A stretch of 64,000 bases of DNA from assembly GCA_964187785.1 (NCBI GenBank), contig OZ076409.1, positions 85,810,001 to 85,874,000 of the forward strand, given 5' to 3'. The position numbers and the translations under genes are program-made. Shown piece after piece: positions 38,717-50,163 of the stretch. How positions within the stretch are numbered: the stretch's first letter is position 1; each line of letters starts with the position of its first letter. Below the pieces are notes generated by a model that was not told the DNA's origin, searched no databases, and saw only the letters and a list, made by a program, of their open reading frames with translations. Origin of the DNA: Amphiscolops sp. MND2022 (Eukaryota).

Positions 38717-41027
38717 TTCTTTGCGTCTGTTGTTGTTACCTCTTTCTTTTTTCTTCTTCTTCTTTGTCGATACGCCCTAGGGCATGACAGGAGGGCTTCT
38801 TTGTGGTGAGCCACGATCATTTACCCGCATCTTTCACATCCCTTTCTTGGCCTTGTCCCGGTGTACCGCCCTCCGATGTTGTTACTCGGTCGCTCCTTGT
38901 CTCCGCTGTCGTTGCATACTCCCATTTGCCGTTTCAAGCCTCTGACTGCGAATTTCTCTTTGCAGAATGGGCAAACACCGGGGGCATTTCGGTGCACGCT
39001 TTCCTGTGGTTCGGTCTCTGGCCTTCTTCTTTGAACCTTCGTCCACAGTTGCCTTTTTCGCTCTTCTTCATAGGCTTATGGGTCTTCCGCGCATGCTGGT
39101 TTCTGCCCCCGACCGTTTTGCCGACAAAGCTGCAGCCTTACCATCGCCAGTGCAGTGGATTCTCCATTGTTGGTGCTGAGTTCCTGGGGGACGGCCCGGG
39201 GTCTCCCTTCTTCCACTCGCTCATTTGCTTCTCCCATTCCGTCATTTCTGCTCTTCTTTTCCTGATGAGGCTCTTTCATTTCCCCTGTCGGCTGTCAGGT
39301 TTTCAAGGTTCTGCCAGTCATCCCCTGCCTCCTGGACCAGTTTTCTCTAATAGGGGATTATTCCTCCTCTTATTCCTGTTGCCGACTTCTGGGGTTCCAT
39401 CCATTGTCCTAGGACCACTCTTTTGACGAGCCTTTCTTGGGGCATACGGAGAATGTGACCCAACCTCTCTAACGCTCTCGTCTCGGGTTTTGTCCTGATG
39501 GAAGCTAAGCTATGCCCAGTTCTTGTCTTCTGGGATGCGTCAATTCTGCGGAGTGGTTGTCCTTTGCCGCCCGACCACACGTGTCTGTAGCATTTGTCCA
39601 CCAAGCTTTGTAGTCTCCGAACTGCCCCTTTCGTCCATGCTCTCGTGTTGTTGTCGAATAGCGGGGTGCTATCCACTACACCTTGGACGAATATTGCTCT
39701 GGTCCTCTTCCCCAGGTTAGACTTCCACAGCCACTGCTTCACCTTGCTCCACGAGTGGTAACCGCGTTTCAGCCTTGCCTCCACGTCCTCTTTCAACCCT
39801 ATTCTTGTGCCAAGCATTCGGGTGTTTGCTATCTCTCCTGACTCAAAGCTGACATTCTCTTCTTTCCCGTCGTGACACTTCTCCTCACATTCTCCCAGTG
39901 TTTTCTTCACTACCTCTTTTTCGGTGTTGAGTTCTTGTGTCCAACCAATGAGAGTGGTGCCGTCTGCGAACAGGGACTCCGAGAGCAGAAGCCCTTCTTT
40001 GTTTGTTGCTTGTCTGGCTCTTTCCGTAATGATCGGTGGCAGGCTGTTTGCAGGTACCCATCCCCATGCGAGACCGGCTTGCATCCCTTTGGCTTCTGCA
40101 CTTTCCTTCCGGTTCATTGTTGCACTCTCTACTGCCACCGCGTGGTACAGGTTGAAAAGTATGGGCGATGTCGCACATCCTTCCCTTAGCCCTCTGGCTG
40201 GCAGCCACTCGTCACTGAGTCCTGCATTTCCTTTCACTCTGTATCTCGTGTGCTCATGCAGTGCCCTCAGTACGTCCATGGTCTCTAGCGGGACGCCCAG
40301 TTTCCGAGAATCATCCAAAAAAGCGGGCCGTTTACTCGAGGATATGCCTTCGTGATGTCTAGCAGCGTTGCTCCAGGCCTGTTTTCGTCTTCTATCTTCC
40401 TCCTGTATACCCTTCTCACTTCCTAGTCGACCTTTAGGATATTCTGTGTGCTGTCAGCCGTCGATCTGTCTCGTCTGAGGCCACACTGATTCTCCCCTAG
40501 TGCATCCGTCTTTTCTGCCCACGTCCTCAGTCTTGTCGCATACTCTCTAGCAATGACTCTTGCTGCCAGTGGTAAAAGGCAGACCCCTCTATAATTATTT
40601 AGGTCTAATTTTGGCCCTTTTTCGTGGAGGGGTATGAGCCATCCTTCCTTCATCTCACTCGGCCAATCATCCGGTTTCCTCGTTCCGCCATCCTCGTCGA
40701 GGGATTTGATCGCTAAGGCTCTTATCCCCTCCACTCCGGGAGCACTGTCTCTGATCTTCATCACTTCTTTTCTCACTTCTTCAAATGATACTTCTTTCTT
40801 CAGGAATTCCTTGCCTTCTGCAATCAATGGGCCCGTTATCGTCTCCACTCCAGCTGCGGTTGCTCGCACTTCCTCGATAGTTCTTTTGTATCGATTCTCG
40901 GAAACTCTCTTGAAGTGGTTTCGGTAGTCGTCTGGGCTGAATTGTTCCTCTTCAACGTTGTTCAGCTTTTTTTAACCCAATCTGCCTCAGGGTTTGATAC
41001 AGCTGTCTCGCATCGCCTGCTTGTTCC

Positions 41028-41271
41028 GCCTTCTTCGCTTTCTCCACTATTCGCAGCCACCAACTTTCTTCCCACTGTTCCTTTTGGGCTCTTAAGGTCT
41101 TCCTGAGCTCCTTTCTTCTCTCTCTAGCTGTGGCATCCCCCCCGGCTACGGCCGACGTAAGTTCCGTTATCGCCCGATGGTGTCACACCTTCTCAGGAAG
41201 ACCTTAAGAGCCCAAAAGGAACAGTGGGAAGAAAGTTGGTGGCTGCGAATAGTGGAGAAAGCTAAGAAGGC
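41028..41271. repeat. Inverted duplication inside the LINE (80-bp arms, 84-bp spacer)
   Basis: 41028-41107 is the reverse complement of 41192-41271 with one mismatch. Confidence 0.9.
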
Positions 41272-42449
41272 ACGGTACCTTAATCTCTAGGGCGTTTTCA
41301 CCCAGCCATGACTTGAGGTTTGTTTTCTTCACGACTGCACACTTCCCTCCCCTTTGTCTCCAGTGCCGTCGCGTACTCCGTCCAGGAGGGCGTCTCCTTC
41401 AGGAAGTCTCTCACTTCCTCTCTACACTTTTCTGCGGTGGCTTCGTTTCTGAGGCGGTCCCAGTTGATCTTTTTGGGACTTTTCGGTTCAACGTGCTTCC
41501 TCTTTTCTTCTACAAGAAGGTTCATGTTCAGACATTTCGGCTTGTGGTCAGATAGTTTCTCCGTATTTCCTGTCCACACGGCGGTAATTTTAGTTCTGTC
41601 TTCCCGCCCGTTCACGAAACCATCTAACTTGTACCATTTCCTCGTCGCCGGATGTCTCCAGGTTCCCCTCAAGTCCTGTCTGAAGTACGAGTTCAGGTAG
41701 CTCCGCCTGATCTCCAAGCACCACAGAAGCAGGTTTGCTCCTGCAGTGTTGGTCTTTCCTAGTCCCTGCGGGCCTGCCGTCTCTCTGTTCTTCTCATCGG
41801 GTCTGTTTTTCCACGTTCGAGTTGAAGTCTCCGCCAATTAGCAGCACTTCGTTCCTTGACACTTGTCAGCTCATGGAATCCAATTCTTCACGGAATACTA
41901 GAAAGTCTTCATTCTCCCCGTTCCACACAGGCTGGTATGTCGCCACGAGTCGCAGATTCTTCACCATTACCATGGTGCTCCTGTCTCCCTGACGTCTCTG
42001 GTATCCTTGTTCTTTCCAGTCACTGGCCCACGCGCATTTCAGTATCACACCGCTGTGCTTGCCGTGGACAAGGACTCCGTAGAAATCACCGGCCTTTATC
42101 CACTTAATCCCCGGATCCTTCTTTTTGAACTCCAATACCATTATAGTCTCCGCCTTGCTCTTCCTTATTGTCCGCAGGATTTCTGTAAATCGGCCTTTGA
42201 ACGGGAATGCGAATCTCGCCCTCTGTACATTCCACGTCCAGATCGTTGTGCTCCGTCTCTTCCCTTCTCGTTCTGCTCTTACTCTCCATGCCTGCTCTCT
42301 TTTGTCCTTTCTCCGGACTCTTTTTGCTTTTCTGTTCCTCTTTCTTCTCCCTTGTTTTGCTGTGCATTCGTCCAAGGTGACCTCGATCTGCGGAGGGACG
42401 GCGGCTAAGGTCAGGGCCTCCGTAAGACAATGCGCCTCCCCGTTGTTGC

Positions 42450-42620
42450 TGCTGCTGTTTTCTCCAGCCGGGCAGCACCCCGAGCACCTGTGGCAGGCGA
42501 AGTCCGAGTTCCACTCCTCCGCCCTTTCGAGATTCGTGCATTTCAGCCAACCCCCGTAGGCACACCACACGCTCGCTTCGCTCCTTCTGATGCGTCCTAG
42601 AGATGTGGGGCATATGTAGA
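42450..42620 (-). other. Degenerate PHD-like finger upstream of the APE endonuclease
   Basis: YICPTS...SVWCAYGGW.KCTNL...WNSDFACHRC. Confidence 0.6.
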
Positions 42621-42621
42621 T

Positions 42622-42645
42622 TGGGCCTGGGTTTGGTTCGATCGT
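42622..42645 (-). other. Second 2A-like motif TIEPNPGP (non-canonical first residue)
   Basis: ACG ATC GAA CCA AAC CCA GGC CCA, immediately before the PHD-like finger. Confidence 0.55.
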
Positions 42646-42716
42646 CGTCAAGCGAAACTTTCTTAGACACGTCGCGTGTCTAGGTGACCAGATCCGCACG
42701 TTGCCCGCGATGTGGC

Positions 42717-43409
42717 TCAGGGTGAACGGCAGCTCAGGCCAGGACCCCTTACCCCACACCACGGGCCGTGCCTCCATAGACATCTTCTCAGGATCTTCGC
42801 CAGCCGGGATACCCCGTTCGAGCTGAGGTGGACGCCATCTTCAGCAAACGCCCAGGTTGATGCGAGCTCAGTGTCCACCCCCACGAATGTGTATCCGTGC
42901 TCGTCACCATTCTGGCGTAAGAGATCGTTCACTTCGGCAATCGACTTGTTATCCCCTGGTTGACAGGCTTCCGGCAGGGCTGGCCCGTCTTTCGATGTTC
43001 TTGGTCGTTCTGCCTGGCTGGGGTCTTTTTGGCACCGCCTCTTCGGGATCCCCAGTACATAGACCGCTGGTACTCCTCTGTCTCTGAGGTCCTTCACCAA
43101 TCGGAAAATTTGTGTTGCAGTTGGGTCCGGTGACGATCTCGGTGCCGATTCTCCTTTCGAGCACACCGCGTTGCCGCCGACTAGGATCGCCACTCTCGTG
43201 TCTCCAGACAACATTTCCGATTCTCTCTTTACCCAGTCTCGCAGGTCTGTAGGGTTCCCGCCGTGTACGGCCTGGACGCTCAACATTTCATTTTGCACAG
43301 ATCCTATGATGGAGTGGCCCATCAGCAAGTTGCCTGTGTTTCTGGTCCGCACGGTGGTCCTCTTTGGGCCTGGGTTCTTCTCCACATCATGCATGAGCTT
43401 CAGCTCCAC
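42717..43409 (-). CDS. SGNH/GDSL esterase-like domain preceded by a 2A-like motif
   Basis: Blocks LLMGHSII (GDS-like), HGG, ILVGGNAV and FAEDGVHLS (DxxH). DVEKNPGP at the N-terminus. Confidence 0.8.
   Translation of the reverse strand: MELKLMHDVEKNPGPKRTTVRTRNTGNLLMGHSIIGSVQNEMLSVQAVHGGNPTDLRDWVKRESEMLSGDTRVAILVGGNAVCSKGESAPRSSPDPTATQIFRLVKDLRDRGVPAVYVLGIPKRRCQKDPSQAERPRTSKDGPALPEACQPGDNKSIAEVNDLLRQNGDEHGYTFVGVDTELASTWAFAEDGVHLSSNGVSRLAKILRRCLWRHGPWCGVRGPGLSCRSP
43365..43388 (-). other. 2A/StopGo-like motif DVEKNPGP
   Basis: GAT GTG GAG AAG AAC CCA GGC CCA is an exact D(V/I)ExNPGP consensus. Confidence 0.8.
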
Positions 43410-43706
43410 TGACCGGCTCCTCTGTCCCTTTCCCTCCTTGTTGGCTTTATTAGTCCCGCAAAAGTCAGCTCATCTACTGTCGGGTTTAAGTGAGAAGGTT
43501 GACCCGACAGTGTAGACTATGCTACCCCCACTGCCCGGCCTCGCCCTTCCCCCTGTAGGTTCGCATTTGATCTTTGTTCGCGTTTGAACACTCCTCGCTC
43601 TCTCCCTCGTGAATGGTCGAACCCATGAGATTGCACCTCTTTCTTTGCTTTACTTCTTTCCCTCTTCTTCCCTGCACACTTTTGAGTTGCTGACCCCTTT
43701 CCAACG

Positions 43707-45120
43707 ATGACTGGAGACAACGAAAACGAGCAGCAGATTTCCTTCGTCAGCGAAGAAGATCCCAACGGCACCCCCACCCCGTCACAGTTGGTAGTAAACC
43801 ACTCCTTAGTAGGTCCACTAAACTTTCCCTCGAAGGATTGGCCGACGCTGCGAAGGAGCGTAAACAAAATGCCTATAGACGAATAAAAGAAATGAAAAAA
43901 AGAACTGAAAAGATTTAAATTTGAAGATGAACTGTATTTGAACGACTCCATGTTTCTGGAAAATGAATCTAGAAAAAGACAAAAACCTCTGTATGAAAAT
44001 TGCCAATAAAACCAGAAAAATCCCACAGAAAAGATTACACCCGCTGGGAAAATTGGGCAAAACACTTCAAAGCAGTTGTCAAAGCCAACGGGTGGAATGA
44101 TAGAAAAATGCTGCAATGCCTTTTTTGACATCTTGGGCTATTGAAGAATTGGAAACTGTCCCCAAAAGATATATTGAAAAAGAACCCAATTCTTATCTCC
44201 CACGGTTTGATGAACTCTTGGAAATTTTGAAACCCAAAATGCAACAATACCGCAGCCACGCCGAGCAACAATACCGAGCTACGCGGTCGGAATTTAAAGC
44301 AGTTAAACAAAAGGAAAGTGAAGACCTAAGAGACTACTCGAGAAAAGTACCTCAGCTCGCTGATATAGCCTTTCCTGAAAAATCGCTCCGGGAAAGAACG
44401 CGATATAAGAGATCAATTTATCGAAGGACTTTTTGATTCGCGAAGACAACTTAATTTGTATGAAGACGAGCGTGACCGTGATTTCGGGGAAACTTTGCAA
44501 AGGGCACAGGAACTCCACAAGACTCATGAAATCAAATTCCACAAGACTCATGAATCAAAAAGAGAGCGAAAACTTGATAAATTGCGCTATTCGCACGACG
44601 AATACGAGGATCCCGATCTAATCAGAGCTGGTTATTCGAGTAACAACCAAATTAAAGAAAAATTTGCTGCCTTTCAAACATCTCTAACCAATGTGGCAAG
44701 TCGCTTTGATGGCTTCGAAAATTCCATCAGCCAGCAGATATCCAAGCAAGCCGATCAAATGACAAAACACTTGGAACAAAGTTTCTCGAAACAAGTCGAG
44801 TTGATGACAAGACAAAACGAAATCCTGATACAGGGTATGAAAGACATGCCATCTGCGATCATAGGACGTTAGGAAGTTCGCAACGGCCGGTTGGTGGGCA
44901 GCCTCAGAGTTGGCAAGCTTGCTGTTTTCAAGCCCCCTTCACTCCTAACTTTCGTGCGCCGTTAAATAGGACAGGATCGTCGAGTCAGCTGAATATTTCC
45001 CACCCTCCCCCCGAAGTAGCGGAATGTTTTAATTGTAAGGCGATAGGTCACTACGCTAAACAATGTCCAAGCCTTCCGCAGTCTAATTCTTTAAACTACC
45101 GGCAGCCGAGTAGGCAGTAG
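43707..45120 (+). pseudogene. gag: Gag of Gypsy D (frameshifted)
   Basis: KQKESEDLRDYSRK..QLADIAFP. CCHC knuckle CFNCKAIGHYAKQC at 45025-45066. Confidence 0.85.
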
Positions 45121-45170
45121 CAGGCTCTACTCGCGCTTGGGAGTCTATCCCTTCCCCAGGTGCTACAAAT

Positions 45171-48100
45171 TTGTCGCAAACAATTCAGCGTGTTCGTTCT
45201 AGATTTAGGAGTAATGACAGCCCTTTGCGACCGCGCAATCACAGTAGGCGGATCGACCCCGAAATTTGGAAACAAATGTGTGATGAGATTGGTCTAGGAG
45301 GCTTTTTCACAAAAGAATCCCGTTCCCTTGTTGTAAATAGTCCCCCAATACAAAATTGTTTTGAAGATAAGCAAGCAGAGCCTGGCTCTGTGAAAATTTT
45401 TTCGAAGAAGGATCCAGAATTCCCGAATCAGGCTCGGCGCGGTGAGATAAAATCGACAAAAGTTGCTCATAGCAAATATATTCCAGGGCTCACTCTTTTA
45501 ATCCCCTACGAAGTAGAGAGCTTACGCTGTTGGGCCATGATAGATACCGGTGCGAGTAGAAGTTTGATGAGTCTAGAACTGGCCAAGACTATTGGTAATC
45601 CAATAGCTCCCAATCCAAGTCGTTTAACCGATCCAATAGCCAATGAGACTCCTACCAAAGGTATCGTTAAAGCAGAGGTTAAAACCGGAACTTGCGTTGC
45701 TTCCAATGAATTTGTTGTTGTAGAAGATCTCTATCCAGAGATCATGATTGGCCTAAAATTCAAGATAGGTAAAACCAATGCACGACCAACTTAGTCGAAC
45801 AAAAACTAACAATTCCCAAAGATGATGGTTTCAAGTTGCAAGTGGCCATGTTCCTCCGCCGGAAGATGACGCATTCGTTAGCAAAACGGTACCCGGTCCT
45901 GACACAGCGTCAGCAAACTCCGAAATAGACAAAAAACTCAAACAGGAAGTGGAGGAAATCTTAAATTTAGCAATCCCTGGACTCAAGAACTCCGAATTAA
46001 AGGAAAAATTGGGAAATTTGATTCGTGATTACAGAGATGTGTTCTCACTGCCTTCAGATCCATTAGTAACCGCAGTAGGAGTAGAGCACCGCATAGACAT
46101 AGGCGATGCAAAACCGTTCAAAATCGCGCCTTACAAAAATGCTCCGCACAAACTAGAAGCAGTTCGCGAAGAAATTCGCGAGATGCTTGAGAAAGGAGTA
46201 ATTGTACCGAGTGAAAGTCCTTTCAGCAGCCCCATAGTAATGGTGCCTAAGAAAGACGGCTCAAACCGAATGTGTATAGATTATCGAAAGTTGAACGACC
46301 TTACAATAAAGGACGAGTATCCGTTGCCACGAGTCGGTCAAACGATTGATACACTGCAAGGGGCGGGGTTTTCCCGTCTCTCGATTTAGCAAGTGGCTAT
46401 TGGCAGATTCCAGTTGCGGCCGAAGACCGACACAAAACGGCGTTTTGTACTCTTGATGGAGGATTATATGAGTGCTTGAAAATTCCGTTTGGCTTAACGA
46501 GCGCCCGGCCAACTTGCCAAAGGAACATGAACGAAATTTTCAAAGAAGACCTATATAAACATTTGCTAATATTTCGCGACGATGTATTGACTTTTAGTAA
46601 AACTCCGGAAGAACATTTGGAGCATTTAGAAAAGGTGTTCAGAGTATTGCGCAAAGCCGCTTTACGTCTTAAACCGACGAAATGTAATTTGTTCCGCACC
46701 GAAGTCCACTATTTAGGTTATGCACTTCTGCAACTATTACCGGAAATTTGTCCAAAACTTTATGCTCGGCCACTTTATTTGTTGACCAGCAAATGGTTGA
46801 ACTTCACATGGACTGAAGAACACGATAAAGCGTTCCTAAAGCTGAAGAAAAGATTGTTAGAGGCTCAATTCTGGCTTTCCCTAATTTTGAACTTCCGTTC
46901 ATCATTGATACCGATGCTAGTGATACGGCGCTCGGCGCAGTTTTGTCGCAAATGATCGATGGGATAGAATATCCGATTGCCTTTGAGTCGCGAGTTTTAA
47001 CTAAAACTGATGTAAACTATGCAACGATCAAAAGAGAAGCCTTAGGAGTAGTTCAAGCTGTCCAGTGCTTCAGACCATACTTTTACGGACCCAAATGCAT
47101 TATCCGCACGGATCATGCAAGTCTCCAATGGTTGTTTAGGCAACATGCAGATGGAACGACATTTCGAATGGTCCAAAAACTTCAGGAGTACGACTATCAA
47201 ATAGTACATCGTCCAGGTGAGAAACATTGTAATGCGGATGGCCGTAGTCGAAGACCGAATGACGTACCCCAATGACTCCCCGGCGAAAAAGATGCGTTAA
47301 GAGGACCGATTCCGGAACTTACTGAAATTTGATAGCGCGCTATTCGAAGCCGAACGCGATCTCCGAGCCGCCCGAACCAAAGCTCGTGAGAAATTGGAAA
47401 AGTCAGAGGATGTTGCTCGACATTTAAAAATGCAGCTTTCTCAACCACCAAGAGAAGTGGTCCGTTATCAAGAAGGAGATTTGTTTGAATCCCCCGAATC
47501 TTTAGTGTTGTGTATATCCGCGGATATGAGAGTAGTCACTGCTCCCATGAAATCGTTCGTGAAAAAGTATTCATATTTACCCACTCTCACAGAGTCTGTA
47601 AACCGTGTTGGAGGTTTTCTAGTGTACCGAATTGTTAAAAATGGACGTTATGTGTATATATTAATCACCAAGTATTGTTAAGGAGAATTCGCCAAAAATG
47701 ATGTTTTAAAAGAAAGTCAGATAAATTATCAGAGAAATGTCCATGGAAACGGTTTTAAGACAGGAGACCGAGTGTTGTTACTTGAGCCACACAAAGCGAA
47801 TTCCCGAAAGTTCCATCTTCCTTGGCACGGTCCTTACGAAGTATTAGGTCAAACAAGCGAGGTGAATTATCAAATTTGCAAGCCAGGTTGCACTGAAAAG
47901 TGGCAAAACATCCATTTCAGGCGTCTTAAACCGTACCTAGGCGAATCCATCCCGAAACGATCAAAACGAATAGCAAGAAACGCATCACCGAATTACAAAG
48001 AAATTGAAGATGAATCCGATTCATCCGATCAAGAAACCGAGAATAGACCGTATCATGTGTTCCGCCTCAATTCAGCGGAAATCCAAGCCAATAGAAAGCG

Positions 48101-48212
48101 GCCGCAAGTGTCGTTCCACGACGTTCCCCGCGTGATAAACGCCAAAAATGACGAAGAGGTTTCTCTGACTAATTGCCCCTTGTATATAGATGTCCCCGAA
48201 CCGTCAGAGTAA
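45171..48212 (+). pseudogene. pol: Pol of Gypsy D: protease, RT, RNase H, macrodomain, integrase C-terminus only
   Basis: AMIDTGAS; SPFSSPIVMVPKKDGSNRMCIDYRKLN; PFGL, FRDDVL; IAFESRVL, RTDHASLQWL, HRPGEKHCNAD; PWHGPYEV. Confidence 0.93.
47457..47681 (+). other. TARG1/OARD1(Poa1)-like macrodomain fragment in pol
   Basis: VRYQEGDLFESPESLVLCISADMR...FVKKY...GRYVYILITK parallels the recalled OARD1 pattern GDLF...SLAHCISED.RM...FKKKF...GRYIYYLITK. Confidence 0.75.
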
Positions 48213-48760
48213 TCTTCATTTCCTGTTTATGAAGAAATACATGAGAGTAGAAGTACTCCGCCCCCGCTAGATGAGGAAAGCAGCGAAAGTGGCCGCTCAG
48301 ATTCGCTGATGATTGAAACGACACGGAATCGTCGACCGCCAGTGCGCTTTGGCATAGACGAGTACGTGGTAAAGCCAAAAGAACACTAATGTCTTCGGGT
48401 GATGGTCAGGTGAGTTGAGTCATCCGAAGTAGTGAAGCTCATCATTCGATTAGCCGTTCGCGAGCATGACTAATCAAATGACCTGTAAGCTCGGACAGTT
48501 AATCATGAGGTGCTGAGTCAGAAATACAGCGTCATCAGTGTCGCTATTGGCTCTCCTTCATTCTTTACCTTAACCTCAACTTAGACAGTCGCTAGAATAG
48601 AAAAATTGTAGCTGTTATTCTTGCAATCAATTCGATCGACTTTTGCTTTCCCTTATTATACTATAGAATTTCAAACAAAACTAGTATTGTCTGGTGTGTT
48701 ATCATGTTATACCCTATTATCGACTCTCGTCTCCTTTCGACTCGCTAGTATAGTCGTAAG

Positions 48761-49574
48761 ATGAAATTCCTTGTACTTGTTATCGTTATTTTCACGTGTG
48801 ATACTCGGGGAGACGATGACTCTTTTGACCCTTCGACTTCCAGCGGAGACTCAACCAACCTGGGTTCGTAAATGGCACTCATTCTATTCCCGGAGCGGCA
48901 TTTACTCCGGAACCGCCAGTTGTACTCGTTAAGTCCATTAAGACCATTTGGACTTATATTCCGTTTCGGGATAAGGCATTAGCCCTAATGCTCCCGAACG
49001 CTGGTTTATTTTTGACTCCTGACCCGGTATCCTGTGCAACAAGTAAAGCTAGTGACATTGTCAGAATTTTGCCGACCCCTCTACTACGTCCATTGTTTGA
49101 AAATTTGAAAGATCAAGAAGAAATGATTCCTCCCTCCTTAATGGAAGATGTTCATCAATAGTTGTTATCTCATTTAAATTAAGCTTGGCAGGATTGCCAG
49201 ACCGCGCAATCATGGAAGAGATGCTTGACGCAATTGCCAAGCCATTTTTGAAAGAAGTTGAAAAAGTGCTTACCACAGTTATAAAGAAAGTGTGGAAAGA
49301 CGTTGTGTTACCCTGTGTAATCACAATAATTGTTTTGATTTTATATGGATTGTTATGCTAGGCGATCAGATGGGAGCGATTAAACATCATGCAACAGTGC
49401 ATACAACGACTACTAGGCTGGAGAAGAGGAGACAAAATCGAAGCGGAACGGCTGGCTCGGATAGCGGAGCAAGTCCAAAATCTTCCCACGACGTCGGCGA
49501 TTGTAGAGGAGAAGGTGATGACAGGTGACCCTGCCCCAATGGAGATGAAAAAGCAAAAGCCACATCCCAAATGA
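48761..49574 (+). pseudogene. Possible env-like ORF3 remnant of Gypsy D
   Basis: Signal-peptide-like MKFLVLVIVIFTC at ATG 48761. TM-like VVLPCVITIIVLILYGLLC at ~49300-49357. Located between pol and the PPT. Confidence 0.45.
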
Positions 49575-50150
49575 GTATCTTCCCGAGAAACACCATGAGA
49601 ATTTGTTGTTAACTTGTGCCGTTACTTAATAACTCCACCCCACCTGTCTTTATTTGCCCTCATAACTTAACTGATAGGTCATGCTACTCCTTTCCCCACT
49701 TGGACAAGTGAGGGAAAAACTTTTAAAGTGTGATAAACGAGATGTCAATCATTTAAAGTGGTAGGGAAAGTGTTAATACAACAGCAGCGGTGGTGTTCCC
49801 AACGCCGTCTAAAAGAAACGTTTTGCAGGAAAAATTTCCACGAGTCCAAGGAGGCAGAGTTTCCCTGCCGTCTACCTCTTAAAAATCAGCGACATTCGTG
49901 AAAACCCGGAAAAAATCAGAAAACTTTTATTAAATTTAGTATATTATCGTATGTGAAAAATTGTTGGGCTTTATTAAAGTAATAATTATATGAAGCGGTT
50001 GTATTATTAATTCAAGAGCACTTGCGTTCATAATAACCAGTAGGAAGAATTACACAAGGCAAAAGTTAATGCTGACTGGACCACATTCTAACCAATCACC
50101 TAGGACTACGCTAAAATTTAATAAACAACTACCCAGTAGAGTAGTAGTTC

Positions 50151-50163
50151 AAGTGGGGGGAAA
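50151..50163 (+). promoter_or_regulatory. Polypurine tract of Gypsy D
   Basis: AAGT-G run-AAA immediately before the 3' LTR TGTAGG. Confidence 0.85.

Larger units (their letters stand above)
38741..43690 (-). mobile_element. APE-type non-LTR retrotransposon (RTE-like), decayed: 2A-SGNH esterase-2A-PHD-APE-RT-Zn fingers
   Basis: APE: IWTWNVQ, WYKLDGF, LSDHKP. RT: NYRGVCLL, QCGLRRDRST, GLREGCATSPILFNLY, LFADGT. RTE-type LGHILRMPQERLVK. 3' (AAG)n-rich tail at ~38741-38765. Confidence 0.92.

Noticed and set aside
38803..39426. 207-aa plus-strand ORF and similar antisense ORFs over the LINE and pol regions
   Set aside because: Shadow ORFs opposite GC-richer retroelement coding sequence, with no recognisable motifs.
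43365..43388. Endogenous RNA virus suggested by the 2A motif
   Set aside because: The context is APE-RT of a LINE; no capsid or RdRp motifs were seen.
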